A DNA stretch of 64,000 bases, taken from the NCBI GenBank assembly GCA_014377015.1, contig JACMQL010000030.1, positions 5,759-69,758 of the forward strand, in the 5' to 3' direction. Both the position numbers and the translations under genes were made by a program. The notes beneath the pieces are model-generated. The model made no database searches. It was not told where the DNA came from and worked only from the letters and a program-made list of their open reading frames with translations. The stretch's first letter is position 1; every line of letters begins with the position of its first letter. Source of the DNA: Actinomycetota bacterium (GTDB lineage: Bacteria; Actinomycetota; Actinomycetes; Nanopelagicales; Nanopelagicaceae). Of the stretch, positions 1-11,104 are shown one piece after another.

Positions 1-1
1 C

Positions 2-1483
2 ATTATTGTCAGACCAGGTGAAAAGATTCCAGTTGACGCAGTAGTTGAATCAGGCGGATCAGCAATTGATGAATCAATGGTCACTGGGGAATCCATTCCC
101 GTAGAGAAAATCGTGGGAGACACTGTCATTGGTGCAACACTTAACGGTGTCGGAGCCTTACACATCCGGGCGACCAGAGTAGGAACTAACACGGTTTTAG
201 CGCAAATAATCAAAATGGTGCAACAGGCTCAAGCCACTAAAGCACCTATTCAGCGCACTGTGGATGCCATTAGTTCAATATTTGTCCCGGCCGTTATTGC
301 AATATCTGTCTTGACCTTTACGAGTTGGTACATATTGGGTCCCTCGCCAACTTTCACAAATGCACTTGTTGCAGCGGTGAGCGTTCTGATAATCGCTTGT
401 CCATGTGCGCTAGGTTTAGCGACTCCCTTGTCCGTGATGGTTGGTACAGGTAAAGGCGCGCAGGCCGGAATTTTGATTCGCTCAGCGCAAGCTCTAGAAG
501 CCTCGCAAAAAATAGATGCGATTATTTTGGATAAAACCGGAACTATTACCCATGGAAAGCCGATTTTGACCGATGTAATAGTCATGTCGGGCTTTGATGA
601 AGGCGAAGTATTGTCAATAGCCGCTGGAGTCGAACAAGAAAGTGAGCACCCTCTCGCTTCCGCGATTACACGCGGAGCTGTTGAGCGCGGCTTAACCTTT
701 CCGAAAATTTCGGACTTTCGTTCGCTTACGGGTCGTGGAGTTCGCGCCATGGTCGGAGAGAAAGAAATCCTGGTGGGAAATAAGTTGCTTCTTGAGGAAA
801 ATGAAGTGAATACAGAATTGCTTTTGGAAATCGCTGATCAACTTTCCACAAACGGTAAGACGGCCATGCTTGTCGCGATAGACAAAAAGGCGGCAGCCGT
901 TATCGGGGTGGCTGATACCGTGAGGGCCAACAGTGCCGCAGCTATTGCCGCAATTCGCCACCTTGGCATTCGGACTTTAATGATTACGGGCGACAACGCT
1001 CGAACCGCGAATGCGATTGGTAAGCAAGTGGGGTTACTAGAGACTGATATTCGAGCGCAAGTTCTTCCTGAAAATAAAGCGGCCATTACTAAGGAGTTGC
1101 AGTCACAAGGACATTTTGTCGCAATGGTTGGCGATGGAATTAATGACGCACCAGCCCTGGCACAATCAGATGTTGGGTTTGCAATTTCCACCGGAACCGA
1201 CATAGCCATTGAAGCCTCCGACATCACTTTGATGTCGGGCGCACTATCTGGCGTGGTAACTGCAATCGAACTAAGCCGAGCGACTATGGGAAATATAAAA
1301 CAGAATCTTTTCTTCGCCCTAATTTACAACGGCTTGGGAATTCCTGTTGCCGCGGGAATTCTTTATCCCGCTCTTGGCTTGAGACTTAGCCCAATGATTG
1401 CCGCAGGCGCTATGGCATTGAGTTCGCTTTCAGTGGTATTGAATGCCAATAGATTGCGACGTTGGAAGGGGCGAATGCAGTGA
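2..1483 (+). CDS. copA: Copper/heavy-metal translocating P1B-type ATPase, C-terminal ~490 aa (5' end lies outside the window)
   Basis: The frame is open from nt 2 ([31 protein letters not shown]). It has the TGES actuator motif, [10 protein letters not shown] transmembrane metal site, DKTGTIT phosphorylation site and GDGINDAP hinge. Confidence 0.93.
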   Translation: MIVRPGEKIPVDAVVESGGSAIDESMVTGESIPVEKIVGDTVIGATLNGVGALHIRATRVGTNTVLAQIIKMVQQAQATKAPIQRTVDAISSIFVPAVIAISVLTFTSWYILGPSPTFTNALVAAVSVLIIACPCALGLATPLSVMVGTGKGAQAGILIRSAQALEASQKIDAIILDKTGTITHGKPILTDVIVMSGFDEGEVLSIAAGVEQESEHPLASAITRGAVERGLTFPKISDFRSLTGRGVRAMVGEKEILVGNKLLLEENEVNTELLLEIADQLSTNGKTAMLVAIDKKAAAVIGVADTVRANSAAAIAAIRHLGIRTLMITGDNARTANAIGKQVGLLETDIRAQVLPENKAAITKELQSQGHFVAMVGDGINDAPALAQSDVGFAISTGTDIAIEASDITLMSGALSGVVTAIELSRATMGNIKQNLFFALIYNGLGIPVAAGILYPALGLRLSPMIAAGAMALSSLSVVLNANRLRRWKGRMQ

Positions 1484-1484
1484 T

Positions 1485-2591
1485 TTAGCGTTGCAATGCC
1501 GGAAGAGTCAACGTAAATGTAGTACCAGTTCCGTGACCCCCACTCTTGGCGGTGAGCGTTCCGCCGTGACTCTGAGCAATACTTCTGGCGATAGTTAAAC
1601 CAAGTCCAGATCCTGAGTCGCCTGACCGCCTAGCGGAATCCCCTCGATAAAGTCTTTCAAAAATATGTGGGAGTTGATGTGGCTCAATTCCGTCTCCACT
1701 ATCCTGAATTGAAAATTGAACGAAGTCATTCTCTCTTACTACGCCCATCTCAACATTGCCGCCGGTGGCTGTATGACGAAGCGCATTTTCCAATAGATTA
1801 GAAAGCACCTGTCCAATACGGTGCGAATCCACTTCGACTAAGGGTAGATTTCCCTCACTTCTCATTTCAAAAAATACTCCCTTATTTTCAAAGCGTGGTC
1901 GCCATGCTGCAAATGCAGTTGCAGAAAGGTCGGCTGGCTTGAATGGCTCGACTACCATATTTAGAACTTGATCGACACTATCGGAAACATTCCTCACATC
2001 ACGTGACAACCGATTGAGCCTTTCAAGTTGGTCGCGAATGGTTTTCCAAGAATTTGGGTCACTCTTAACAACTCCGTCTTCAATTCCATCCACTATCGCA
2101 CCTACGGTAGCGATTGGGGTGCGAAGTTCGTGTGCTAAATCGCTCAACATTCGCGCTTGCTCTTCCTTACTTAAAGCTAAATCACGTGACATTCCAATCA
2201 GCGCCTGCGCTAATTGATCAATCTCCGGTGTCGAAACATTAAAATTGGTATGGCCTTCAGACTGGCCTGCAGCAAGCGCCTGCGCAAAAGTTGCCATATC
2301 TTCAATCGGCCTCACAATTCTTAGCATGAAATACCAGGCGATGAATCCAGAGATTATTAGTGAGGCAACTGCTGACAGTATTAACGAGAAAGTCATAGCG
2401 GCAGAGAAAGCATCCGCGACATGCAACTGAACGCTAGTTGAAGTGATCCCTGCCTCAAGAAGATGCCTATCAAATATCGCGGGCGCGATGAAAAGGGCAG
2501 TGCCCACGAGAACAAGTCCGGTGATCGCACCTATCACTGCTTGACCCGCAAACATTTGGGTCATAAGTCTGCGTCGTGCAAAACCCCTCAT
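1485..2591 (-). CDS. Two-component sensor histidine kinase (TM-HAMP-HisKA-HATPase)
   Basis: H-box LAHELRTPIATV, N-box LLENALRHT, and G-boxes DSGDGI and GSGLGL. I placed the start at ATG 2591, which gives an ATGA overlap with the regulator stop. The longest ORF (to 2717) would overlap the regulator by 130 nt. Confidence 0.9.
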   Translation of the reverse strand: MRGFARRRLMTQMFAGQAVIGAITGLVLVGTALFIAPAIFDRHLLEAGITSTSVQLHVADAFSAAMTFSLILSAVASLIISGFIAWYFMLRIVRPIEDMATFAQALAAGQSEGHTNFNVSTPEIDQLAQALIGMSRDLALSKEEQARMLSDLAHELRTPIATVGAIVDGIEDGVVKSDPNSWKTIRDQLERLNRLSRDVRNVSDSVDQVLNMVVEPFKPADLSATAFAAWRPRFENKGVFFEMRSEGNLPLVEVDSHRIGQVLSNLLENALRHTATGGNVEMGVVRENDFVQFSIQDSGDGIEPHQLPHIFERLYRGDSARRSGDSGSGLGLTIARSIAQSHGGTLTAKSGGHGTGTTFTLTLPALQR

Positions 2592-3295
2592 TTCAATTCC
2601 ATTCCATAGCCGACTCCACGTATTGTTCGAATCAGCCCCAGAGAAGCACCTGCGTCCGATAATTTTTTCCGAAGGTGCCCGACATGAACATCGACCACAT
2701 GAATTTCTCCGTACCACTCACCTCCCCAAACAGCTTCAAGGAGAGCTCTTCGGGAGAAAACATTCTTAGGAGATTCCATCATTATTTCGAGAAGATCAAA
2801 TTCTGTTCGCGTTAAGTCTACGGATTTCGATCCGACCATCACGGTTCGCGATGTTGGGTCCAAAGTTGTGGAATCGAAATGTAACTGTCCATCAAAAATG
2901 AGAGCGTCCTGTTCTAACATTTGCTGGCGCGGTCGACGGAGTATGGCTTTGGCTCTGGCGATGAGTTCACGGGGAGAAAAGGGCTTAACGACATAGTCAT
3001 CGGCACCTACGGCAAAACCCACAACCTTATCAATTTCTTCATCTCGAGCAGTAAGCATTAAAATGTATGCATCTGAAAAAGTTCGAACTTGCCTGCAGAC
3101 TTCTATTCCATCGAAGCCAGGTAACATAACGTCAAGAATAATTAGATCTGGCGGCGAAAGTCGTGCCAAGCTAACCGCGCTTGGACCATCAAATGCTTGA
3201 TCAACTAAATAACCTTCGCGTTCAAAATAACTGACTATTACATCAGCCAATTCTTTTTCGTCCTCAACCACAAGAACACGCAAGTCCTTCGTCAC
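2588..3295 (-). CDS. OmpR/PhoB-family response regulator
   Basis: Receiver domain (VLVVEDE, LIILDVMLPGFDG, VVKPF) plus a winged-helix output domain (LTRTEFDLLE, IRTIRGVGY). GTG start. Confidence 0.92.
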   Translation of the reverse strand: MTKDLRVLVVEDEKELADVIVSYFEREGYLVDQAFDGPSAVSLARLSPPDLIILDVMLPGFDGIEVCRQVRTFSDAYILMLTARDEEIDKVVGFAVGADDYVVKPFSPRELIARAKAILRRPRQQMLEQDALIFDGQLHFDSTTLDPTSRTVMVGSKSVDLTRTEFDLLEIMMESPKNVFSRRALLEAVWGGEWYGEIHVVDVHVGHLRKKLSDAGASLGLIRTIRGVGYGMELK

Positions 3296-3339
3296 ATCAT
3301 CCCGTTCCTAGCGCATTTTGTAGGTGATCGAATGTAAGA

Positions 3340-3597
3340 CTACCTGATCTCGCCAGTTTCGAAAGAGTGCCCTTCAAGTAATCGTTTCGCTTGCGCGTAC
3401 TCTTGCGCGTCAATTTCGCCAAGGGAGAATCGCCTATCAAGTATTTGGCGCGGAGTTTCTTCGCTGACATATACCTTGTCACGTCGGGTAAGCCAAGCAA
3501 CAAACCAAAATCCGACACCAAGGATGATTATCCAGGACAGAGTCATGAGAAGTATTGATCCACCGTCCATACCACCATTGCGATACCAATTCATCAT
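3340..3597 (-). CDS. Small membrane protein with C-terminal SHOCT-like domain
   Basis: One TM segment (ILLMTLSWIIILGVGFWFVAWL) followed by ILDRRFSLGEIDAQEYAQAKRLL, the SHOCT pattern. It lies 44 nt upstream of the response regulator on the same strand. Confidence 0.6.
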   Translation of the reverse strand: MMNWYRNGGMDGGSILLMTLSWIIILGVGFWFVAWLTRRDKVYVSEETPRQILDRRFSLGEIDAQEYAQAKRLLEGHSFETGEIR

Positions 3598-3824
3598 TTC
3601 ATCCCATTTCCTTTACATTTGTACTTAAGAGTAGAAGCCTCTACCTACTATTACCCCTTAAATAGGTTAAAGATTTGGTAAATGTAATCCTTTAGGAAAT
3701 TGATATGAAGAGCATGGCGGTTAGAGCCTACGACGCAGGGTCGGCATCTTGACCCGTTTGAGGTACATCGCCTAGGACAGCCACCTTGTAGTGAGGAACA
3801 TAGAGTTCGCGTACCATCACATTT

Positions 3825-4724
3825 ATGCAAGATGGAGAATTTTCGGCCGACGCAAAATGGCCTCGGGCGAGTTCACTTTTATATGGGTCCAACGAGGAAT
3901 CCGACGTTGCCATAATCGGAATTCCGGCGCATGAAACATCACTTTCCAAAACATCGGCACACTTAACGCCAAATGCAATAAGAAACGCGTTGGCTCGATA
4001 TTCCACATATTCCAGTAGCCATAACGTGGATTTGATGGATTTGGCAATCAAAGATCTAGGAGACGTGGATTCACCAGACCACATTGATGGGGAGGAGCGA
4101 GTGGCCAAAGTTGTGGCTAAGTCTCGAAACACCAACTCCCTACTCATTGCCTTGGGCGGGGATAATTCAATTACGTACTCAGTGGCAAAAGGTATGTGGG
4201 GTGATTTATCAAAAGTAGGCTTAATAACTTTAGATGCACACCATGATTTGCGTGATGGGCATTCAAATGGCTCTCCCGTTTGGCGATTGATTGAGAATGG
4301 CTTATTAGGCAAAAATATTGTGCAAATTGGGATCAGCGATTTCGCAAATAGTCGTGAGTACGCTGAGCGAGCCAAAGAATCAGGAATCAATATTATCTAT
4401 CGCGATGCCTTGCGCGAACGACCTATAGAGGATGTTATGTACGAGGCGCTCGAGCTCGTTGGTGGCGATGGTCGCGAAATATATGTGGACTTGGATGTCG
4501 ATGTGTGTGATCGGGCTGTAGCCCCTGCCTGTCCCGCTTCTGTTCCGGGAGGAATAAGCGCGAATGAATTGCGGCGAGCCGCTTACGTAGCTGGAGCCAA
4601 TAAAAGAGTACGTGGATTGGATATCACTGAAATTGATGCCGAACTCGATGCACCCGATCAACGCACAATTCGGCTCGGAGCCTTACTTATTCTTGAGGCT
4701 GCGTGCGGAGTTGCAACTCGGTAA
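3825..4724 (+). CDS. hutG: Formimidoylglutamase (arginase/ureohydrolase family)
   Basis: Mn-binding ureohydrolase motifs GGDNSITY, DAHHDLRD and DLDVDVCD. It is adjacent to hutH/hutI/hutU. Assignment within the family rests on context; agmatinase cannot be excluded. Confidence 0.78.
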   Translation: MQDGEFSADAKWPRASSLLYGSNEESDVAIIGIPAHETSLSKTSAHLTPNAIRNALARYSTYSSSHNVDLMDLAIKDLGDVDSPDHIDGEERVAKVVAKSRNTNSLLIALGGDNSITYSVAKGMWGDLSKVGLITLDAHHDLRDGHSNGSPVWRLIENGLLGKNIVQIGISDFANSREYAERAKESGINIIYRDALRERPIEDVMYEALELVGGDGREIYVDLDVDVCDRAVAPACPASVPGGISANELRRAAYVAGANKRVRGLDITEIDAELDAPDQRTIRLGALLILEAACGVATR

Positions 4725-4727
4725 TAA

Positions 4728-6281
4728 TTAAATCAAATTCCTGACAACCTCTCGAGCAGCATCGACGATCTTGCCGGAATTCACTAATTGGACAGCGGCT
4801 TCCAATTCAGGAGAGAGCCACCTATCAGGACCAATTCCGGGCACAACAGTGCGTAGGGTCTGAATTACGTTTGCCGCTGCCGGAGAGGGTGTAAGTCCGA
4901 CACGAAATTCGATTGCTCTTGCTGAAGTTACTAACTCAATGGCCAAAATACGAGAAAGATTCTCGACGACTTTGCGCAATTTGCGTCCGGCACTCCATCC
5001 CATGGAAACGTGATCTTCCTGCATTGCCGAACTGGGAATTGAATCCACACTAGCGGGGACGGCCAACCGCTTGTTTTCACTAACTAATCCAGCTTGGGTG
5101 TATTGGGCGATCATGAGGCCTGAATCAACTCCTGGGTCGTGCGCCAAAAAAGGTGGCAATCCGGCAGAGCGGTGCTGATCGAGTGCGCGGTCGGTTCGCC
5201 TCTCTGACATTGATCCCAAATCTGCGGCTGCTATTGCCAGAAAATCCAAGACGTATCCGATCGGTGCTCCATGGAAATTGCCGTTCGACTCAATTCGGCC
5301 ATCAGGAAGGACAACTGGATTGTCGATGCTGCTTGCAAGTTCTCTTTGCGCAATTGTCGCGGCGTAGTCCACCGTGTCGCGGACTGCTCCATTTACTTGC
5401 GGTGCACAACGCAGCGAATATGCATCCTGTACGCGAGAGTCATTCTCTAAATGTGATGCCACGATTTTAGAATTCTTTAGAAGAGCATAGATATTTGCAG
5501 CACTTACGGTCTGGCCAATTTGTGGACGAAGCGGAGCATGCAAATCGGGCGCATATACCCGATCAGTGCCCAAGAGCCCCTCAATGCTCATTGCTGAAGT
5601 TATATCGGCAACCGTGCATAATGCAGCTAAATCTGAACAGGCCATGATGAGCATGCCGAGCATTCCATCCGTGCCGTTTATAAGAGCCAAACCTTCTTTC
5701 GCTTGCAATTCAATTGCAATGATTCCAGCAGCCTGCATGGCTTGAAGGGCAGGTATTTCGACTCCGTGAGCGTCGTGGACAACTCCTTCTCCCATAGTTG
5801 CAAGAGCGCAATGTGAAAGTGGTGCCAAATCTCCACTACAACCTAGGGATCCAAATTCAGGGACAACTGGCGTAATTCCTGCGTTCAAGAATTCTGCATA
5901 TATTTGCGCGACGGCTAATCGCACGCCAGTCCGCCCCGAGGCCATAGTGCGCAGACGCAAAAACATTAGGGCACGTACGACTTCTCGCTCTACCGCAGGA
6001 CCCACTCCTGCGGCATGGGAACGAATTAGTGATTTCTGAAGTTGCGTGCGATCCTCAACATTAATATGACGATTAGCTAGCGCTCCAAAGCCGGTCGAAA
6101 CGCCATATACAGGAACTCCCCCGGCAGCATATTGGTCAATAAATTTACGAGAACTTTCAATCGCGGCAATTGCCTCGGCAGATATCTCAACTATTGCACC
6201 ACCACGCGCCACGGCAATCACATCTTCGAAAGTGACTCCCGAAGTGCCAAGGACGACTGAACTAATTGATCCGCTTGGCAT
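4728..6281 (-). CDS. hutH: Histidine ammonia-lyase
   Basis: HAL/PAL family over its full length (VYGVSTGFGALA, GSLGCSGDLAPLSH at the MIO-forming triad, NGNFHGAP). I chose the start at ATG 6281 (MPSGSISSVVLGTSG) by alignment logic. The longest ORF reaches 6326. Confidence 0.93.
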   Translation of the reverse strand: MPSGSISSVVLGTSGVTFEDVIAVARGGAIVEISAEAIAAIESSRKFIDQYAAGGVPVYGVSTGFGALANRHINVEDRTQLQKSLIRSHAAGVGPAVEREVVRALMFLRLRTMASGRTGVRLAVAQIYAEFLNAGITPVVPEFGSLGCSGDLAPLSHCALATMGEGVVHDAHGVEIPALQAMQAAGIIAIELQAKEGLALINGTDGMLGMLIMACSDLAALCTVADITSAMSIEGLLGTDRVYAPDLHAPLRPQIGQTVSAANIYALLKNSKIVASHLENDSRVQDAYSLRCAPQVNGAVRDTVDYAATIAQRELASSIDNPVVLPDGRIESNGNFHGAPIGYVLDFLAIAAADLGSMSERRTDRALDQHRSAGLPPFLAHDPGVDSGLMIAQYTQAGLVSENKRLAVPASVDSIPSSAMQEDHVSMGWSAGRKLRKVVENLSRILAIELVTSARAIEFRVGLTPSPAAANVIQTLRTVVPGIGPDRWLSPELEAAVQLVNSGKIVDAAREVVRNLI

Positions 6282-7437
6282 TGCGCCAAACCTCATCAAT
6301 AAGTGGAACACCAGGGCGATAAGCAAAGTGAATATATGACGAAGTGCTCATGATTGAAAAATCTGCTTTTGCATTTACTCCCAAATGACCAACGTCTTTG
6401 CGACGAAGCGCATCCGCACCGCCTTGTGTACTTGACCATATTGCCTGCTCTGGAGTGAAGTGCAGATCGCGAACCGCAAGCGCAATTACGAAGTGCATGT
6501 TGGTTGTGTACGAAGTTCCGGGATTGCAGTCAGATGCTAGAGCCACTTTGACTCCTGCCTCAAAGAAGCGACGCGCGTCTGGATAGTGCCCGCGAGTTGA
6601 AAATTCTGCTCCTGGGAGCAATGTCGCGACTGTCTGCGATGTCGAAAGGGCTGCAATGTCATCGTCGGAAACATAACTCAGATGGTCAACCGAAGCGGCA
6701 CCGAGCTCGACTCCTAGTTGGACCCCTTCGCCGGGTTCAAGTTGATTGGCATGAAGGCGGGGCATCAGTCCCTGAGCAATTCCTGCTTTGAGAATTCGGC
6801 GTGCCTGGTCCGACGTGAAGGCGCCCTTGTCGCAGAAAACATCAATCCATTTTGCATTCGGCCGCGCAGCATCCAACATCGGACCGCAAACAAGGTCCAC
6901 ATAATCATCCATGTTGTGTGCGAATTCCTTTGGAAACACATGCGCGCCGAGAAATGTGGTCTCCTCCGTGATCTGTTTTGCGACCACCAGTAAACGTGCT
7001 TCGTCCTCAACGGTTAGGCCATATCCCGATTTGCACTCAAATGTGGTTGTGCCCGAGGCATTAGCCTCGGCGACCAATCGACGAGCACTTTGGAGAAGCT
7101 GTCCATTCGTTGCCTTGCGGGTCAAATCGACGGTGTAATTGACTCCGCCTGCTTCGTATTTCTGACCAGCCATTCGCGCACGGAACTCATTGCTTCTGTC
7201 ACCCGCGAAAACCAAGTGAGTATGGGAATCAACAAATCCAGGAATAATGCAACGACCTTGTGCATCAACAGAATTGGAGATTTCTTTTCGAGGTGCAGCA
7301 GAGGATTCGCCGATCCATTCGATGACTCCACTTTGCATAATGAAAGCAGCGTTGTGAATGAGTCCAAGCGGGGTGCCATCCTGCGAAGGATCGTTCGTCA
7401 CCAGCAAGCCGATATTGTCGACGAGAGTTCGGGTCAT
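6262..7437 (-). CDS. hutI: Imidazolonepropionase
   Basis: Amidohydrolase fold with FVDSHTHLVF metal site, HANQL and ALASDCNPG. It sits between hutU and hutH. Confidence 0.93.
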   Translation of the reverse strand: MTRTLVDNIGLLVTNDPSQDGTPLGLIHNAAFIMQSGVIEWIGESSAAPRKEISNSVDAQGRCIIPGFVDSHTHLVFAGDRSNEFRARMAGQKYEAGGVNYTVDLTRKATNGQLLQSARRLVAEANASGTTTFECKSGYGLTVEDEARLLVVAKQITEETTFLGAHVFPKEFAHNMDDYVDLVCGPMLDAARPNAKWIDVFCDKGAFTSDQARRILKAGIAQGLMPRLHANQLEPGEGVQLGVELGAASVDHLSYVSDDDIAALSTSQTVATLLPGAEFSTRGHYPDARRFFEAGVKVALASDCNPGTSYTTNMHFVIALAVRDLHFTPEQAIWSSTQGGADALRRKDVGHLGVNAKADFSIMSTSSYIHFAYRPGVPLIDEVWRNAKRIN

Positions 7438-7439
7438 AT

Positions 7440-9101
7440 CTACTCCGTATCTAACATAGGGATGTGCACGTGCTTTTCGCGAGCGGTTTCGAGAGCACTG
7501 TCATAGCCTGCATCCGCGTGGCGGATAACACCCATGCCTGGATCATTGGTAAGAACACGAGCCAGTTTCTGAGCCGCTAATTTCGTACCGTCTGCGACGC
7601 TAACCTGTCCAGCGTGAATTGATCTCCCAATGCCAACACCTCCGCCGTGATGAATAGACACCCAGGAGGCGCCAGAGGAAATATTCACCATCGCATTTAG
7701 CAACGGCCAATCTGCAATCGCATCAGATCCATCGATCATTGCCTCCGTCTCACGATAAGGCGATGCAACTGAACCGCAATCGAGGTGGTCGCGACCAATC
7801 ACAATCGGTGCCGAAACTTCGCCACTGGCTACTAATTCATTAAAAGCCAAACCTGCTTTATCTCTCTCTCCATATCCCAGCCAGCAAATTCGGGCTGGCA
7901 ATCCCTGAAACGCCACTTTCTCTTGCGCCATCGTGATCCAGCGGTGCAATCCCTCGTTTTCGGGAAAAAGATCCAGAACCGCTTTATCGGTGCGATAAAT
8001 ATCTTTGGGATCACCTGAAAGTGCCACCCAGCGAAACGGACCCTTGCCTTCGCAAAAGAGTGGGCGGATGTATGCAGGAACAAAACCGGGGAAAGCAAAA
8101 GCTCTGCTGTATCCGCCTTGACGAGCTTCGTCTCGAATCGAATTTCCGTAATCAAATACCTCTGCACCTTTATCGAGAAAACCGACCATTGCTTCTACGT
8201 GCGTAGCCATCGCTGCACGTGATCGCAAAGTAAAATCTGCTGGATCTTCTTTTGCCAGACGCGCAGCATCCTGGAAATCGACACCTATCGGCACGTACGA
8301 AAGCGGGTCATGTGCTGATGTTTGATCGGTAACGATATCGACCGCAAAATCCATGGAGAGAATTTTCGGAAGGAGCACTGCTGCATTTCCTTCAAGCCCA
8401 ACCGAGAGTGGACGATCCTGCTCCTTCGCTTTCAACACTCTCGACATGGCGTCGCCTAAGTCATGAGCGATCTCGTCTAAGTATCTGGTAGCGATGCGCT
8501 TTTCGAGGCGCGATCTATCTACATCGATAACTAGGCAAACGCCGCCGTTCATCGTCACAGCCAACGGTTGCGCGCCACCCATTCCGCCACATCCTGCCGT
8601 CAACGTGAGAGTTCCTTGCAAAGATCCATTGAATCTCTTCTGTGCTATTGCATAAAAAGTTTCATATGTACCTTGCAGAATTCCTTGCGTGCCAATATAA
8701 ATCCACGAACCCGCTGTCATCTGGCCGTACATCGTCAGACCCATCTGCTCGAGTCGACGGAACTCTGGCCAGTTTGCCCAGTCTCCAACTAAATTTGAAT
8801 TGGCGATAAGCACTCGTGGTGCCCATTCATGCGTTTGAAAAACGCCGACCGGTTTGCCAGATTGAACCAGTAGCGTCTCGTCATCTTTTAACTTGGTCAG
8901 CGACTTTACAATCGCATCAAAAGAGGGCCAATCACGTGCCGCCTTTCCAGTGCCACCGTATACAACTAAGTTCTCGGGATGCTCGGCAACGGCCGGATCA
9001 AGATTGTTGTGCAACATGCGGATAGCCGCTTCTTGACCCCAACCGAGTGCGCTTTTTTGTGAACCCGTCGCGGCGTGAAGGATGCGGGAGCCGGCGGTCA
9101 T
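7440..9101 (-). CDS. hutU: Urocanate hydratase
   Basis: 553 aa with typical urocanase blocks ([57 protein letters not shown]). Confidence 0.96.
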   Translation of the reverse strand: MTAGSRILHAATGSQKSALGWGQEAAIRMLHNNLDPAVAEHPENLVVYGGTGKAARDWPSFDAIVKSLTKLKDDETLLVQSGKPVGVFQTHEWAPRVLIANSNLVGDWANWPEFRRLEQMGLTMYGQMTAGSWIYIGTQGILQGTYETFYAIAQKRFNGSLQGTLTLTAGCGGMGGAQPLAVTMNGGVCLVIDVDRSRLEKRIATRYLDEIAHDLGDAMSRVLKAKEQDRPLSVGLEGNAAVLLPKILSMDFAVDIVTDQTSAHDPLSYVPIGVDFQDAARLAKEDPADFTLRSRAAMATHVEAMVGFLDKGAEVFDYGNSIRDEARQGGYSRAFAFPGFVPAYIRPLFCEGKGPFRWVALSGDPKDIYRTDKAVLDLFPENEGLHRWITMAQEKVAFQGLPARICWLGYGERDKAGLAFNELVASGEVSAPIVIGRDHLDCGSVASPYRETEAMIDGSDAIADWPLLNAMVNISSGASWVSIHHGGGVGIGRSIHAGQVSVADGTKLAAQKLARVLTNDPGMGVIRHADAGYDSALETAREKHVHIPMLDTE

Positions 9102-9121
9102 AATCTGAAGAATAGCCCTGC

Positions 9122-10195
9122 CTAGCGCAGATGTCCCTGTTCGTTGGCCGACCTTAAAGCGCGTAATCCGTCACTTGGCCAAATGGAAAGAGATGTTATT
9201 GAACATGGCGCGACATCCATGTGAAATATGGAGTCGGTATGGGCGCCTAATGCCAATCGAATGGCTTGCTTGATGACACCGTTGTGAGTCACGACAACTA
9301 TCTTTCGACCCGGATATTTCGCAACAAGTTTGTCTATCGCTTCGTCAACGCGCCAACCCAGAGCTTCATAAGACTCTCCACCTAGCGGTGCGAAGGATGT
9401 AGATGAGACCCACTTTTGATACTCCTTCGGATAGGCAGTTTTCACCTCGTCGATGGACATGCCATCCCAAAGTCCGAAATCACATTCGTACCAAGCCTCG
9501 TCAAAAATAATCTCCATGCCAGTACTTAAGGAAATAAGAGCAGCAGTCTCTGCCGTACGACGAAGCGGAGATGCGATCAGAAGTTCTGCGCCCAACTTGA
9601 TCGCTTCAACGGCTACTCGTTGCGCCTGATCTTTTCCAGTCACGGTCAACTCTGGATTCGGCCCCGCACTTCCGGAGAACTTTCGGTCCGGAGTCAGAAC
9701 AGTCTCACCATGGCGAACAAAATAAATCATCGTCGGAACTTCGGCCATACGCAGTCGTTCCAGAAGCAAGTTCTTCGGTTGCGGCACGCTGCCATTTCGA
9801 TCATCTAGTGCTTTGTTAGCCAGTCGATCCGCATGCGCATTTTCCTCGCGCGGAATCCAGGTATACGTCACAAATGTAGGTTCGTGTGCTTCGCGTGCCT
9901 CTTTCGCCAAAGTACGCATGTCCGCGTGCTTTATCTGCCATCTCCCCGACATCTGCTCAACTACGAGTTTGCTGTCCATGCGAACATCGATTGTGGCATT
10001 TGGATCAATCTCGTGAATAGCTTTGAGTCCGGCGATTAATCCGCTGTATTCAGAAACATTGTTGGTAGCGATGCCGATGTAGTCGTACAACTCGGCGACA
10101 ATCACGTTGCCCTCGTGCACGACAGCGCCGTACCCAGCAGGGCCTGGATTTCCTCGTGAACCACCGTCCGCGGTCATGATGAAATGACGCGCCAC
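9122..10195 (-). CDS. Bifunctional RNase H / histidine-phosphatase (CobC-like) protein, Rv2228c type
   Basis: N-terminal RNase HI ([36 protein letters not shown]). C-terminal phosphoglycerate-mutase-like domain ([10 protein letters not shown]). The proposed GTG start at 10195 shares 1 nt with the upstream TAG. ATG 10177 would delete the first beta-strand. Confidence 0.85.
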   Translation of the reverse strand: MARHFIMTADGGSRGNPGPAGYGAVVHEGNVIVAELYDYIGIATNNVSEYSGLIAGLKAIHEIDPNATIDVRMDSKLVVEQMSGRWQIKHADMRTLAKEAREAHEPTFVTYTWIPREENAHADRLANKALDDRNGSVPQPKNLLLERLRMAEVPTMIYFVRHGETVLTPDRKFSGSAGPNPELTVTGKDQAQRVAVEAIKLGAELLIASPLRRTAETAALISLSTGMEIIFDEAWYECDFGLWDGMSIDEVKTAYPKEYQKWVSSTSFAPLGGESYEALGWRVDEAIDKLVAKYPGRKIVVVTHNGVIKQAIRLALGAHTDSIFHMDVAPCSITSLSIWPSDGLRALRSANEQGHLR

Positions 10196-10923
10196 TATTT
10201 GGCTCCGCGCACCAAGATGCAGCGACACTCTTCGCAGCGCACAACTTCATCTGATGCAAGGGTTTTAATGCGACTCAACTCAACGCTATTGATGGGCAAG
10301 TGACAACCATCGCAACTACCATCTTTGATTGCAGCTGCACCAGTGCCGCCATTTGCGCGAATCTTTTCATACAGGTCTACGAGTGCGCCTTCGATACTTT
10401 GTACGGTGGCCAGACGTTCTGCGCTGAGAGAGGAAATCTCCGAATCGATTGTGCTAAGAACGACGTCTTTTCGCCTCTGGATCTCGGCGGACTGAGTGAG
10501 CAACTGACCCGCTTCGAGTCTTAATTCTTCAAAACGTTCCTTGATTGAATCAATTCGCAACATGATTTCAAGTTCAACTTCTTCGAGTTCGGCGCGACGC
10601 GAAGTCAGCGTCTCAACCTCGTGCTGAAGTTTCTCCAACTCCTTAGCGCCGGTCGATCCATCGGCCATTCGCTTCTCGTCGCGATCAAGACGGAGGACCA
10701 CCTGCTCCACATCAGCTTCGGCGCGGAGGAGCTCCTTTCTAATGTCACTTATTTGCGTTTCGGCCGCGACTTGAAGATCGCGGACCACCGTAAGTCGCTG
10801 GGTGGTCGCCAAGAGTTCGGCGATTTCGGGAAGAGCAGCCGCCTTGTTTTTCAGCGTGGCAATATGAAAATCCATACGCTGGACATCAAGTATTTGAAGT
10901 TGATCACTTGGGTTGGCTTTCAT
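10195..10923 (-). CDS. Coiled-coil protein with C-terminal C4 zinc ribbon (DUF164 / Rv2229c-like)
   Basis: Long heptad-like helical region, then CDGCHLPI...VVRCEECRCILV. Same position upstream of the RNase H fusion as in Mtb. Confidence 0.8.
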   Translation of the reverse strand: MKANPSDQLQILDVQRMDFHIATLKNKAAALPEIAELLATTQRLTVVRDLQVAAETQISDIRKELLRAEADVEQVVLRLDRDEKRMADGSTGAKELEKLQHEVETLTSRRAELEEVELEIMLRIDSIKERFEELRLEAGQLLTQSAEIQRRKDVVLSTIDSEISSLSAERLATVQSIEGALVDLYEKIRANGGTGAAAIKDGSCDGCHLPINSVELSRIKTLASDEVVRCEECRCILVRGAK

Positions 10924-10951
10924 GTTCTCACAACCCCTCTAATGTCGAGAT

Positions 10952-11026
10952 TGGTGGGCGCTGAGGGTTTCGAACCCCCGACATCCTCGGTGTAAACGAG
11001 GCGCTCTACCACTGAGCTAAGCACCC
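10952..11026 (-). tRNA. tRNA-Val (anticodon TAC), CCA encoded
   Basis: Reverse complement is GGGTGCTTAGCTCAGTGGTAGAGCGCCTCGTTTACACCGAGGATGTCGGGGGTTCGAAACCCTCAGCGCCCACCA. It has a 7-bp acceptor stem, anticodon stem CCTCG/CGAGG with loop TTTACAC, and a GTTCGAAAC T-loop. Confidence 0.95.
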
Positions 11027-11104
11027 TAAACGGCTTGCGAATTCTAGTGGAATACCCACGTTTGGACGAATCCCCGCTGCATTCTGCTCTCTTTGGTGAA
11101 TTAC

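Noticed and set aside
250-1227. Antisense ORFs of 166, 89 and 129 aa inside copA.
   Set aside because: They overlap a confidently identified P-type ATPase frame. No motifs and no plausible RBS are present.
3297-3521. 74-aa ORF overlapping the SHOCT gene in another frame.
   Set aside because: It has a basic, low-information composition. The SHOCT frame has a TM segment plus a recognisable C-terminal domain, and a better position in the operon.
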